Positions 63,989-64,000 of a stretch of 64,000 nucleotides of DNA are shown here, piece by piece. The notes beneath the pieces were generated by a model. It saw nothing but the letters and a program-made list of their open reading frames with translations, had not been told where the DNA came from and made no database searches. The stretch comes from Octopus vulgaris (lineage: Eukaryota), in assembly GCA_951406725.2 (NCBI GenBank), contig OX597815.1:207514001-207578000 (forward strand), read 5' to 3'. The translations under genes were made by a program, and so were the position numbers. Within the stretch, counting starts at the first letter, position 1; each line of letters opens with the position of its first letter.

Positions 63989-64000
63989 TGGGTAAGAATA

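Overview
AT-rich, repeat-dense eukaryotic DNA. The tRNA-derived SINE families and the very high microsatellite load are what I recognise from Octopus genomes. I found no convincing host protein-coding exon; the window looks like a large intron or intergenic region. It contains: dozens of SINE copies from about 5 modular families; LINE remnants of four clades (RTE, Dong/R4, Tx1/L1, and a CR1 copy with an intact 468-aa RT frame); Tc1/mariner and Tigger/pogo relics; four non-autonomous Helitrons; three GG-terminated fold-back MITEs with 8-bp TSDs and TTAGGG cores; and Penelope-like inverted repeats carrying minimal hammerhead ribozyme motifs. Most notable are (1) a 1.9-kb composite Helitron (59995-61913) that appears to have captured about 1.15 kb of genomic DNA, including a mariner transposase fragment, and whose empty site can be rebuilt to the base, (2) four different hammerhead motifs within 1.6 kb (31.2-32.8 kb), (3) MITEs with telomere-repeat cores, and (4) a Nin-domain SINE whose tail matches the 3' ends of local Tx1 LINEs. 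Most ORFs in the supplied track are microsatellite or SINE artefacts. All family assignments are from motif recognition, not database searches, and repeat boundaries are approximate unless termini or TSDs are quoted.
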